Of a stretch of 64,000 nt of DNA, positions 27,620 to 46,740 are shown piece by piece (positions within the stretch are counted from its first letter, which is position 1; the number at the start of each line of letters is the position of its first letter). A program made the position numbers and the translations under genes. This DNA is from the human T2T-CHM13v2.0 reference genome, Homo sapiens. Location: the NCBI RefSeq assembly GCF_009914755.1, contig NC_060930.1; one strand, written 5' to 3'. Below the pieces are notes generated by a model. That model was given only the letters and a program-made list of their open reading frames with translations, did no database searches and had not been told where the DNA came from.

Positions 27620-29470
27620 GTATGGGTTATTTATTCTGTTATTGCTATACATGTACACTGACACTGAACAGTGAAGTAAATGGATGGCAGATGGTGGTAG
27701 CCAAGTTTCTCACTGCTGGAGTAGAAATCTATAGATAAGCAAGGGGAGGAAGCTAGAATGATCCATGTGGTAATAGGTTAGATTTGGATAATTCAGTATC
27801 AACTCATGTTTAGCTTAATAAACAGATGGTTATGAATAGTAATATTTATAAATATGTATATATATAGGGGTAAGTATACAGACATGTATTTTCCTTTTCC
27901 GTCAGTTGAGGCAAACAAACGAGTTAGTGACAAGCACACCTAGCACCAAGATCTTGGTGTCTAATACCATTCTCTAGTAAAGGTAAGCAGGACTTGGAGA
28001 AATGGCTGATTTGAGCACCGGGGCTGGAAATATACAAAATGACCTCAAGCATCATGGCACTTTGTTGCTCAGAAATGAAGAAGTACTAAAAGCAAAACAA
28101 ACAAACAAACAAACTAAAAACCCATAATGATGAAGTTATATTACAAGGACAACAGAAGGAGCTCTCAATGGTCAACCTGGAACAATGGGAGCATAAGAAA
28201 CGCAGTATTTATAGCCCAAGGTATTAAATAAGTATTATGTCTGTGAGTGGATACAAATGATTCAATAAATCAATAAATGGGGGAGAAAAGACAAATCACC
28301 CATGTAGAAGAATTTCAAGTAAATTATTTAGATACTCCACCCTACATGAAGGGGAGCATAGCTGTTCACTCCTTAAGTGTGGGCTATGCACAGTTACTTC
28401 CTTCCAAAGAGTACAGTATGGAAAAGGGGAAAAACAGTTATGTTATAATGGAGAAACCTGACAAACGCTACTTGGACAGATGATCAAGGTCAACATCAAT
28501 AGTGATAAGTCATTTTGCTTGTCTGTACATTTGATATGATGTGATGAAAATGACTCTTTACTTCTGTGATCTTCCTCTCTAAAATGTATAACCCTAAGCT
28601 AATCATGAAAAAGAAACACCAGCCAAATCCCAATTGAGGGACATTTAACAAAATATCCAGACAGGTACTCCTCAAAACTGTCAAGGTCATCAAAAAAATG
28701 TAAGTCTGAGAAACTATAGCAGCCAAGAGGAGCCTAAGAAAACACGACAATTTGCCAGGCGCGGTGGCTCTCGCCTGTAATCCCAGCACTTTGGGAGGCC
28801 AAGGTGGGCGGATCACGAGGTCAGGAGTTCCAGAGCAGTCTGACCAACGTGGCGAAACCCCACCTCTACTAAAAACACAAAAAAGTTAGCTAGGCATGGT
28901 GGTGGACCCCTGTAATCCCAGCTACTTAAGAGGCTGAGGCAGGAGAATTGCTTGAACCTGGGAGGCGTAAGTTACAATGAACTGAGAACATGCCATTGCA
29001 TTCCAACCTGGGTGGCAGAGTGAGACTCTGTCTCAAAAAAGAAAAAAAAGAAAAGAAAGGAAAAAGAAAAAAAAGAAAACATGACAATTAAATGATTAAA
29101 TGTAATGTGGTAGCCTGTATGAGATATTGAGATTTTGGAATAGCAAAAGGACAAAACTAAATCTGTATTAAGTATGGACTTAAGTTAATATCAAAGTATC
29201 AATATTGGTTCATTAACGTAACAAATGTGCCATACTATATTTGACTTTACTAACAGGTGAAGCCTAAGAAACACTGTCTAAGCTAAAGGGCCAAGGTCAA
29301 CATCAACAGCGGTAAGTCATATTGATAGTATGTACATTTCATATGATGTGATGTAAATAGCGTTTTAACTTCTGTGATCTTTCTGGTACTGGGTATGTGG
29401 GAACTCTCTGTTCTCTCTTTAACATTTTTCTGTAAACATAAAACTAGTCTAAAATAGAAAGTTTATTTTA
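27620..29470 (+). mobile_element. L1MC4-like 3'UTR, interrupted by an Alu
   Basis: Segments such as caaggtcaacatca..gataagtcat and the terminal gaactctctgt..aaaatagaaagtttattt resemble old L1MC 3' ends. Confidence 0.7.
28753..29072 (+). mobile_element. AluS (Sg-like)
   Basis: Full Alu. TSD aagaaaaca(c/t)gacaatt. Confidence 0.95.
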
Positions 29471-29846
29471 AAAATCATGGCATTTTGTTGCTCTAGGAAA
29501 GGTGATATATAAAAGAATGTGCCTTAATGTGTCTCTGTCATATGCTTGCAGAAAGAGGAGACTTTGGGACTTGGAAGTGACTCCTAAAATAGAGTATTTT
29601 TAAAACTATGGAACATAACCTCAATAACATTATTGAGAATGGCTACTTGGCAAATAAGGGAACTTTTGCATCAGAGATTATTTATGATACATCACAATAG
29701 CAATCTTAAAAATGGAAGCAGATTCTGAGAGACCTAAAGCACAAATAAATGATAAAGGATTGCAAGTGTAAATATTAGGTTTCTCTAGGATGAAGAAATC
29801 TCCTTAAAAAAAGGCCTACGTTTCAAAGCCTAGCTGTGCAGGATGA

Positions 29847-32664
<2,818 letters not shown>

Positions 32665-32964
32665 GAAAATCCATTTGCCCATGTTAATGAGCAGATTTTC
32701 ACCAAGTACTAATGATGAGAGTGATATCTCAGAGGATAGGGTGGCCCAGAGAATAGCTGAGATTCCTAGGAAATGTAGGGCAATAGATAGCAAAACTGAC
32801 CCACAATTAGGTGATCGGGGAGATGAGGAACACACTTTTGCAGCAAAGATTTGTGACTGAAATATGTTAGAATGAAAGATCTGAGACAGGGCTGACTAAT
32901 ACCTGGATGTCCATGTGAGAAGTAAAAGTCGTTGAAGTTCTAGAAGTAATCTGAATGTAAGAAC

Positions 32965-33150
32965 TCCAGGTTTCAAGTTACAGACCTGGGCCCATTATCT
33001 GTTTCTCTCCCTCACCAGGCACGGGACAGCAAGTCTTGTAAGCCTTAATTTTGTCATCTGAAAAGTAGCAGTAATAAGGGTGCTTACCTCATAAGGTCGC
33101 CATGAATATTAAATAACATATGGTTTTAAATGTTTAAAATAGTGCTTGGT
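32965..33150 (+). mobile_element. MIR
   Basis: Core-like gccttaattttgtcatctgaaaagt..cttacctcataagg. Confidence 0.6.
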
Positions 33151-33912
33151 ATCTATATATGTAATAAAAGAGGATAGAGAGCTACTATTCTTATAATTAT
33201 GTTATTACTCATATCATTGTAAAGGATGCCTGTGGGGGGTGATAGTATATGAGGGAAACACTAAGACAGTGTCTGGCACAAGTTAGGGGCACAGTAAGTG
33301 TTTGTTTTTAGAGTACTCTTCTCTGAAATAATGATGGTTTGGCCATGTGATGTGGCAGATTGGGTTTTCAGTCAGGTTCATGTTCATTGATGTCTATTCC
33401 TGATTATCTCTGTGGTATTTGGACGTCCAGTAAAGAGTTCTTCATATCTTCTCAGTTTAGTATTCCTTTTTTGTCTGTGTTAATAAGTACATTCTGCTCT
33501 AATTATCATAGTTAACCACAGACTGAATATTTAAGGTTTAATCCCACAATGGTAGCAGTCCAAATCTGCACTTTGTGCTGTAATATATTCTTTTTCCATA
33601 GCATCATCTCTACTGAAAAGCATTTGGTGGATATTATGTATACATACACATGGATATTACATGTGTTTCTAAGTTTTCCAGACACTGGTTATTGCATTCT
33701 CTCATGGGGGGAAAAGTGAGTAGTAACCAGTGACACTGGTTTTTGTTTGCTTAATTCTACTACTAGGTGTGATGTTCCTTAGAGAGATAATAAAATAAGA
33801 ACATTATAATTTTTTGCAAAGCTCACACCTTCTGGGCCAGAGGAGCAGAAAATGCATTTTAAATCTATAGAGCTAAAGTCCAATATTTGGGTCTTCTCCT
33901 AACTTAATAGGT

Positions 33913-35230
33913 ATGTGTCTTAGTCTGGGTCTCTGAAAGCAGACTGAGACCATGTCTCATGTGAGGTTGTTGAGGTTGTTTACTGGAGAGTGCTGTGGCA
34001 GGGACCAAGTACACAGGGAAGAGATAATGAAATAGGAAAAAAAAAAAAAAAAGCCAATTCAAGGAAGCATTATTAAGCTAGCAACCAGAGAGGATAACTA
34101 GAATTCCATCCCACTAGATCTCTTCAGGAGCTTTATGAAATAGGTCTCGTACTATCCACCCACGTATAAAAGAGTGAAGCATTTACCTGCTGTCACCTGA
34201 TACCTGTACATGTTAACTCCCATACATTTCTGGCTTATGCATAGGTGAGTACTAGATGTGTTTCTGATATAGACAGGAGACAGGGAAATACTGGGTAGAA
34301 GTGAGTGGTTCCCCGGCAAAGGCCCCACCCTCAAGCCTGAAGACCTGTGGACCTAAATGAGGACAGGCATTTCTGTTTTTGCACCCCAAAAGTTGACTTT
34401 TGGCCCACCATGAGACCTTAGCAGGCACACACACAAGTGGCTGAACGTTGGGACCAGCAGACCAGACAGTGGAACAACATGGCAGAGAAACAGAGAAGGG
34501 GAGGGATGCCTGGAGGCCAAGGGGGAGTTCAGCCAGGGGAAGTCAGAGAACAGTCTGGCCACTGGGTGGCCTGATTCCAGGGGAAGCCCACTTTCCCACT
34601 CCATCCCCCGGTTCTGGCTCCCCATCCATCTCACTGACAGCCGCCTCCACCACTCAATAAAACTTTGCACACATCCTTCCAGTGTGTGATCCAATTCTTC
34701 TGGTACACTGGGCAAGGACTCGGGATACAGAAGACTGTCACACTGGCCCCCTGCCCTTGCGATAAGGCAGAGGATCTATTGAGTTGATTAATACATATGC
34801 CATCTGCAGATGGCAAATCTAAAAGAGGTTGGTAACACATGCCCACTTGGGCTTCGGGAGTTGCAGACACCCACCTCTAGATGCTACCATGGGGCCAGAG
34901 CCCCAAAGCACTCAGGTTGGCCTCTGCACCTGCCCATCTGCCTGCTCCCCTGGGGGCATGAACTGCAGGGTGACCAAGCAATGACACCCCGTCACACGTC
35001 CTGCAAGAGAAATCAGGGAACTCTCTTGTTTCATTTCCATGAGGTATTCAATACAAGCCATCAGAGAAGTCCCTGAACAGGAACCATGAGGTATGTAGTA
35101 TGGGCTTCATGTAGGGCTTTGCCTGTTGTGCCTGTGCAAACCTAGACAAAGCCAGCATGGAAGTCGTCAGAGCATGGAAGTGGCCAAAGCAATGGGTGAA
35201 CTGATGTAGTGGATGGGAGATGCCAGATAC
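33913..35230. mobile_element. MLT1-type (MaLR) LTR relic split by LTR1
   Basis: Begins tgtgtcttagtctgggtctctgaaagcagactgag, an MLT1-like terminus. The right boundary is uncertain. Confidence 0.45.
34265..35033 (+). mobile_element. LTR1-family solo LTR (ERV1)
   Basis: Starts tgatatagacaggagacagggaaatactgggtagaag..ccccggcaaaggccccaccctcaagcctg and ends ..gtttca. Internal AATAAA. 4-bp TSD TTTC. Confidence 0.85.
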
Positions 35231-35819
35231 ACTGTATAAAGTTACTATGTTGTTTAACTTCTCCAGAGCTCAGTTTTCTCATCAATTAAATGCAACTCAA
35301 TTTAACCCATCAACTAAACATGGAAATGCACTGTTCGACAGACACCATGTTAGATAGTTGAATAAGATTTAGGTTTTCAAGCATGGGTTCCAATTTTGTC
35401 AAATGAAATCTCATGCAACCCTCTTAAATGAATCAAACAAATGTGTAGCTGTATAAATTGAAAAGGGGCATAAAGCCCCATATCCCATTCTCCGTTCTCA
35501 GTCCTAAACTTCACATGTAAGGGACCCTAGAACTCAGAGGAACCCAGTTTAGATGTACTATATCAGGTGCCCCTTCAGTTCACTTCATCCTCTATGTGTT
35601 ATGTGATTCTGTGGAACCCAGAAAAATTGACTCCCACAGGGATTAGAGAACAAGCACTTTTAGGACACTTGCCAGCTGCCATGGAGGCTGACACATATTC
35701 CTTATCATCTAACTTAGGCAGCACGGAGAGGCAGCTTTTGCTTAAAGTAAGATCTGTCAAGCTAAAGAATGTTTCTTTAATCACACTTATATGGTATGGT
35801 CCTTGAACTTGAATATCAG

Positions 35820-37110
<1,291 letters not shown>

Positions 37111-37819
37111 GAAAATGTATACACACTTGCATACAGACAGCATGCATACACACATGCACACACAGAGAAATCAACTGTGTGTACAAGGTCTTTACTGTGG
37201 AGCTAAGTGCGAGTCTCAAAATCACTGAGGGAGGGGACATCACTTTTTTCTAATGGAGAATCTGTTTCAATAAAAATGTATAAAACAGTTCTGAGAAATA
37301 CTGATTTGATGGTTTGAAGTAAGAGAGTGTCTTATTTGTGGATATAAGAAATTCATTAGGTCATTGAAACCATGCATTGATTCATTAGATCTATAAATAT
37401 TGATCTTTTGAGCTTCTTTTTAAAAGGCATTACACTAGGTACTTAGGGTGATTAAAAACAAATCAAACAAAGGTTCTGTCTTCAGAGAGCTTACAGATCT
37501 ACTGGGGAATTAAAATATGCATGCTGTGAAGTGGAAAGAACTCACTACCATAAAAGAGGTACACAGAAAATACTGTAAGAGTTTTGAAGTGGAACAGGTC
37601 ACTTATGGGAGACTCAAAGACGACTTCATAGTAGAGAGGGGCATTTTCACTTATACTTCTGTCAAAGTAGGTTGAGTTTAGTCATGTGGAGACTGGTGGG
37701 TAGGACTAGCTAAGGAACACATTGAGACAGATAAAAGGCTAAACTGGGGAGAATGAGTCACTTTGTCCAGAGCCACAGAGCTTTAGAGTGAATAGGTCCA
37801 TTTATTTGTTTACTGTGAG

Positions 37820-38945
37820 TAGATTCATTCATTTGTTAATTTGACAAATGTTTACTGAATTCCCCCCATAGGCCAGGACTGGGAATATAACGGTGACTAA
37901 GCATTCTGTTCTCTCCGTCCTTGTAGACACTTGAAAGACTAAGGGAAGATAAGTAGGTAAATGAGTGTTTGCGATAAAGCACGATGCAGGTTATGATGGT
38001 GCTGGGAGAGCTCAGATCAGGGCTACACAACCCATGGGCTCAGAGAGGGACTCACAGAAGAAATGTCATGTCAACTAAGATCTGAATCATGAAGTGGGGT
38101 CAAATCTATACTGAATCTTAGATGCCAGCCTGAGAAATGTGAACAGAATAGGATATTTTGCATGCATAGAAATTTGAAGAAAAAAATGGCATACTCCAAT
38201 CTGGTTTTTTTAAAGCGGTTGAATCTTGCTACCACACAGCATGAATGGAAAGGAGGAATTAAGAATAGGAGAGAACACTTAGCATATTTCAGGTGAAAGA
38301 TAGTAATGTTCTGTGCAACTTTGGCTAGACAAAAATAGAGAAAGTGATATATTATATTTGAGAGGTATTGGAATGGTAGACCTGAGAGAATGTGTCAACT
38401 GATTTTATTTTGGATTATTTTGTATGAGGAAAAAAAAAGGGATGCAAAGATTGTGAGGCTAGGTAAGTTGTTTCCTGTGCAAAGAGGAAACTCAAAGGAA
38501 GAGGCATGCCTGGGATAGATGGGACACTGGTGGGGGCTGCTGAGAGAAGAGAGGTGTGAGACCTGCTTCGGATGCACGCATTGAATTTGAGATGTCAGAA
38601 GGAAATATCCTGAAATCCTGATAGAGAATTTTAGACAGATAGAGTGTTAGGGTTTGGGAGAGAATGCTAGAGCTAGAAATATAGATTTGGGAGTCTTGTA
38701 TTACCTGAAAGTATTTATTGAATCCATGAAATCAATGAGATTGTCAAATGACAAATTGTATTGAGAGAAACGGAAGCAGGAAGCCAGTAGTGAGACCCAG
38801 GGACAGTGGCAACATTCAGAGGGGCTGAGAAAGAAGGCAGAAATGACAGAGGAGGAGTAGGAAAGAGGGAAGGAGGAAAGTGCCAGAAAATCATCAGAGC
38901 AAAGTTTCAGGAAAAGAAGGAAGTGGCCCATAGTGTCAGATGTGA
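37820..38945 (-). mobile_element. L2 LINE
   Basis: attcattcatt..caaatgtttactga terminus followed by a purine-rich L2 body (agatttgggagtc, gtggcccatagtgtcagatg). Confidence 0.7.
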
Positions 38946-39709
38946 TAGCAGTTTCATGATACTAGAGCCTTGCTTAAAAAGAAATGCTACTGTTACATGT
39001 ATATTGCCTTGGGGAAGGCAATGTGTGAGAAGGACAGACAGAATTGATAATCCTATATTTAATATTTCTCCCAAAGTCAGTTTCCTGTATACTGGAATCC
39101 CTAAGAGTTTAAACCAAGTGCTGTGAGCATATTTTCACTACAGCCAAGACTTTAAAAACCAAACCATTTGAAAATGGTCATTTGGGTGCAAGGATTTTGC
39201 AATTCTGCCTTAGTGTCTACATAAAACAGCTCACTTGAATGCCAGCCTAAACTAGAAAGGCAACAAATACTTAACAGCAAAATGTCCTTGATGTTTAAAA
39301 ATGCTTGTGACAGCATAACATGAAACTAAAAGAAAGGTATTAAAAAATACTAGGCAAAGGCAAACAGAGGCTAACTTTTTGAGCACATATTCATCTCAAA
39401 CAGATAAGAGGAACTGCCTATCTGGTGATGGGAGTCTCTCTTTTGAAAATTTTTATATTAAAATCTGGGAGCAGTTGACATATGTTAATGTCCAAGTGCA
39501 TCCAGACTTGTCATTTCCTCTCTCAGGCAGGTGCACGTCTCATGTCAGTTCTCTTCTTAGGTAGAATGGTTTTACATCCTGCTTCGTGCTGTCCTGGTGT
39601 AATTATCAATAGTGCCTCCTTCCACTTTCAAATACGTCCCTGAGAAGATGTTAAATGATATGTTTGCTCTGCTTCCAGATCTCCCATACACTCAGCAAAA
39701 ATAAGAGTT

Positions 39710-39960
39710 AAATTTAGGGGCTCTGGCACCAGATGCATTAGAATTTGAATCTAGAAGCTATCATTTTCTGACTTAGTTTTTGGCAATGTTTGTTCTTGAG
39801 CAAGTTTTAACCTCTCTGGGCCTCAGCTTTCTCAGATGATAAAGAATAATTACAGAACTACTTGAATAGAGTTATTGTGATGAAGTCACAATGTCCATAA
39901 AGGGTTGAGCACATTGCCTTGAACATACACAAGCACCCAATAAATGTTATCAGTTATCAT
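39710..39960 (+). mobile_element. MIR
   Basis: ttgagcaagttttaacctctctgggcctcagctttctca core. Confidence 0.75.
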
Positions 39961-40798
39961 TATCACTGTTGGTATTGTCACACCCCATCTAGAACCCTTC
40001 CACAGACTAGGGTTAATTTTGAGCTAAGATGTTTTGCAGCTAATGAACTTCTCACATTCCAAAAGAGTGCCCTTTTCCCAGTGTCAGACTTCCCTGCAGA
40101 TGTCGTTTCCCTGGTATTAGTGCAGTAAGGGGTGCCCATAATAATCTTTCACCCAAGTGGGTTTAGACCAACATCAAGCTCACTATGGGCTATACAGTAA
40201 TCAGCAATCACTCCTGGGCCCAATCTGAAGACAGAGATAGAAGCAACAAATTATAAACATACTAAAACTATATAACCAGTATTCTGAGTTCATACCACAT
40301 AAATTCATAAAGCATTTTGTTATCCTCACATGTATTATTACATGTATAACAATGTGAGCCTTGAAAGAAAAGTATTTTTTTCTTTTAGTTCTAAAATTCA
40401 ATTTTGTCAACTGAAAAATGAGTCTTAATTCTCCACCTTCTACCACTTCAGTGAACCAATGTAGATGCAAACAGTCAAAACAGAACCAAATTATTATATG
40501 GATTTTTGCACTGCTTCAGAAGTCAGAAAATCAGAAAATATGCAAAATCCTCGTTTGCCTTATGTAATTTCCACTATCAGTTTGGACCACAAGTCTGGGT
40601 CTCATAAATTGTATGGCACAAGTAATGCAATAATACAGTCACTACTTTGCCTTTTTATGTCTTTTTCTGCAGATGGCCTTATTACCAGATTCTCTTTGGT
40701 TGATGAAAAAGTTACATCATTAGAGTCATGCTTAATGAAAAATGCATTGCTTCAGTATCACCAGTTGCCTGCATCTGGTCTGATTTTCAGAACTGTAG

Positions 40799-41161
<363 letters not shown>

Positions 41162-41709
41162 AATGCTTTTAATTTCTATTGTATCTCGTCTTCATGGATG
41201 ACATTGATGTTTGTGGGTATTCGTGATTGCCTATTAGAACAGCAAAGGCAACAAGTGAACTTCGATATGTTCTGTTCCTAGGAGTACTAACTCTGTTCCT
41301 GATTGGTTTCAGCTGAGTGGGGGCAATGGGCAAAACCCGTGGGGTTCCGGTTATAATAATGGGAGGCTTGCAGGTCCTCCAGCAGACACAGGCTTCTGCT
41401 GGCTTTCCAAGGAGTCTCAGCTGCTGCACTCTGTCCTTCCCTCTCCATGTGTAAGAGGTTTCTGGACCAGAAGCAGATCACAGAAAGAAGCAAAAATCTC
41501 TTAAATTTCAGATTCTAGACATATTTGCTAAACAATATATGATTCCCTGTTCAAAAGACTACAGCAACTTACTGCTTTGAATGATGCATCTTACCTTCTG
41601 ATTGCCTGAGACTTGTCTGCCTCAAATGAAAAGTACATGATTTCTCCCAAAATATTCATAAGCAGGGCAGAGAAGTAATTAGGAACCTATTATTTTGCCA
41701 GCAGGGACC

Positions 41710-41890
41710 AGAGTATGAATTTTAAGCTTGCTGCTGACTACTTAGATAACTTCAGGTATCCAATGTATCTGAACTTCATCCTTAAAATTTAAATTATAAT
41801 AGTAGCCACTATATAAAACTAATGACGATTACATGAGATAATACAAGCAATGTCTGATACTCAGTGTTCAATAAATGCTGGCCATTACTA
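41710..41890 (+). mobile_element. MIR
   Basis: Degenerate core and 3' end (gtgttcaataaatgctggccattacta). Confidence 0.5.
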
Positions 41891-43408
41891 TCTATTAGCC
41901 CTTCATTTATCTGGAGCATTTTGGTTCTTGCAGCAGTACGGTTCCCACCTAGACTGAAACCCTAGATCGTGGTATATGGTTCTTCCTCATCACATCCGTC
42001 AGACTTGGTTGAGAATACAGTACAGTACAGAACCTCTTCAGACAGCTACTGCCTCTGCCTTCAGAAATGTCGCTGCTCTGAAGATAGTGCATAGGGAAGG
42101 AGCTAATGACAAGTTACTGAGCTGGAAATAAAGGGGTAAAAAGAATGCCTTTATGGGCGCATGAGTTTTCAAAACCTCTCAGCATATCTATGGGACTTTA
42201 TTTGGAACCAGTGCCATCTGTTTACCGATGTCTCTGACAGAAATGTGTCCGTGAATTTGGACCCTTCTTTATTTTCCCCCTCAGCTGTGCAGTGTAGCCA
42301 GATGTTCTTGTGTTTCAGAAGCAACCACATCCATCAAGCTCTTCGCGGGCCTGGATCGTTCATGCTTATGTAACTTCATTTCTCCAGCAGTGAGACTAGT
42401 GTGCTTGCTTACCCACTTTTTTTTCCTTATTTTTTTCTCACATTGCTTTAAATTAAATTAAAAGCCAGCACTGTCACTAATTAACCAAGAGTGGCACATT
42501 TGTAAACCTGGATTTGCCTGGTTGCCAGTAGAGAAAAATCCCTCTGCACTCTGCCAAAACCGTGTTTACCAGGCACCATTGGTGTCTTGGCAATGCTGCT
42601 TGAGTTTTGTCAGAACATAATGTAGCTGTGTAAAAGATGTCCTTCGGAGATGTTAGCTGACTTGCCTTGTTCCCAGACTTAAATATGCTGTGAACTAATT
42701 AACACCAGCGTGAGAGTAAACACTCAAATATCGTTACCTTGCGAATAACAGCACACAAATTTCTGTGCATGGGTTTCTGTCTCCTAAAAAAAGAATGATG
42801 ATGGTTGTTATCACAGGAAGAGAAAATATTGGGAAAGTAAAGCACTGGCATCTGCTAACCAGCATTCTCTTGTCCCAGTTTCTAGCAATCTTAAATCTCT
42901 GAGGTAGAGCCATATTATTCGAAATGTGTGTCATAAGTATTGCAGACTTGGACACAGAAGGGGGAACTGTGACTTTGGGGGCAAATGTGCCATTCAGAAG
43001 GTTTGAGAAGGTAACCTGAATTCATGCTAGAAAGAATTTTTTGCCTTCTCTCTCTCCCTTCTGACAACAGAACAGCTTCACTGACAACAGGGCCACTTGA
43101 ATTCAGGGACTTTTGACTGAAGATGACCTTATTGCTTGGGAAGAGCCTGAGGTTGACACCTTCTGGGCTGTGGAATAAATAAATATGCTTACTTCCTCTG
43201 ATCCTTGATCTGAAATAACTCTGACAGTGGGAATTGGAGATTCCAAGTGCCCAAAAGAAGTGAGCTTGAAAAGCAGAACAGAGACAAGTTTTATTGAAAA
43301 ATGCTTATTTTTACACATTACAATGAAAGTATTCACTTTTTTCTTAAAAACTTCATTTTTGTCTAGAAACACAGAATAAAAAGTTACCTTTATATATATA
43401 CTCTATAA

Positions 43409-43580
43409 CAATGCTGCCCGTAGAACTTTCTGTGAAAATGGAAAGGTAATCTGTGCTGATGTGGCCACTGAGCCCTTGAAGTGAGCTAGTATGACTGAGA
43501 GTTAGATATTTACTGTAATCTTAGTTAATTTAAATGTGAATGGTCACTTGTGGCTGTGGCTACTGTACCGGGTGGCATAC
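43409..43580. mobile_element. MER3 (hAT-Charlie MITE)
   Basis: tgctgcccgtagaactttctgtgaaaatggaa..gtggccactgagcccttgaagtgagctagt..tggctgtggctactgtac matches MER3. Confidence 0.7.
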
Positions 43581-43788
43581 CTGCTCCACAACGTATGAAC
43601 TATGGCCTTGTTTTTATTTTTGCAAACCTTTTTAATGTTTGGCATAATAGAAGATGGCTGATTCTCATATCTGTTTCTGCATTCTACCTGTTATAATCGT
43701 TTTTGCTGAAGTTTGTGAAGAAAATATGACCATACCCAGATATATACTTGGAAAGGGAGATATAAACTCAAGAATTAAGATTTGATGG

Positions 43789-44612
<824 letters not shown>

Positions 44613-44659
44613 AAGATTTGATAAAATTTACAATGTTTACTGCCTTACGAAAGACTCTG

Positions 44660-45190
<531 letters not shown>

Positions 45191-46559
45191 AATCTTCTTG
45201 TCTTCCCCATCCTGCACTCCCCTCCTCCCCACCCAGTCAAACACACATACCACCCTTTTATCTAACAGAACAGCTTAGCTCTATTCTTGGAGACCTTGGA
45301 GCCAACCAATAACAAGGACCTCGATTTTTTCCCCCAAGCAATTAAGTTTTATTTCCCAACAAACATAATTCCCACCTTAAAAAGAATTCTGGTGCCATTT
45401 GTAAGAATTATTATACTCCTTGTTTACCCTCTCCCATACAAACATCTGTAAATTTTTATTTCATCCCCAAGCTAGTACTTTCAACCTGTCTGCTGGAAAA
45501 ATCCACCAGGATATGTACCTGTAAATAATTATCTGTTTCTTTGTTTCCTTTTTGACCTATTTCTGCTGTAACACAGTGAGTTTCTTGAAAGAAAATGGAG
45601 TTTATTTTATAAATATTAACTGGATGGATAGATGCATGATGTACCAGCTGTGTCTATGGACCCCTCTCCCACACTGACCTGCTTCTCTTCTTGTTTCAGT
45701 TGTCTTAATGGTCCTCCCCTTCCACTCATTCATTAAGAGTACTCACTTGAGCTAAGCATCATCTTTGAGCATTTCCTCTTCTTCTGTATAATATATGTGA
45801 AAATCATGAGACATAGCTAGTCCTTGGAGAGAAAGAAAATGCATGACTACATGCCATTTGGGTAGGTTGTTACCAGGCTATTGTGAGTAAAATATCTGTC
45901 AAATTGGTATTTTTAATTGAAAAAAAGAGTTATGTTTTCTTTTAGCTTTCTGGTTTTCAATGTAAGACTTGGGTGAAATGAGCTCTACTCATATCACCTG
46001 GCAATGGCAATGTGCATACTATATTTTAGGAAATTGTCAAAAACTTTAAAAGGATTCTCACAGCTCAGCTCTATTTAAAATTCAAGAGGGAAAAAAATTT
46101 TTTTTAAAGTCAAGAGGGCTTCAGATGTCCTCCAAGCCCTGGTCTTCCTCACGCTAAAGCTTCCAGAGCCAAACATTGGAGACCCCATTTTTAGCAGAGA
46201 ACCCACAGCCTCACATTATGTGGGGACTCAAGGTACCATATTTTAGCCACTAAATTTATTTCTGGACTCTTGTTAGTGACTACATGAATTCTTTAGGGCC
46301 CCATGGCAAGGCGATCTCCAGGGATTTTAACACATTCTGAATTTGGGTTGCAAAGGAGTCTGGAGACTGTTGCTTTCAGCTGGAGCCCAGAAGAACTGAC
46401 AATGAAAACTGCAATAAAAGCTCCTGGTGACCTCCTGAGGCAATACTGCTACTTTTGAAAATAAACGTATTTACCTAACAATCACTTAGAAGGAAATTTT
46501 AAGATATATGATTAAAGTGTATTAAGCTACAGATATAAAAATCTAATCTTCAAAAGGAA

Positions 46560-46740
46560 GCACAGTATTGTGGTGTAAGAATTGGATCACAAATAAGAGA
46601 TCTCTTTTATAGCCCTGGTTTCACCCCCAACTAGTTATATGAACTTGGACAAGTAATTGAACTTCTTTGGGTTTCAGCTTCTAGTCTATATATAACATGT
46701 GACCTGAACCATAACTTTCTATTTATCTTTGAATTCTCTG
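46560..46740 (+). mobile_element. MIR
   Basis: gaacttggacaagtaattgaacttctttgggtttcagcttct core. Confidence 0.65.
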
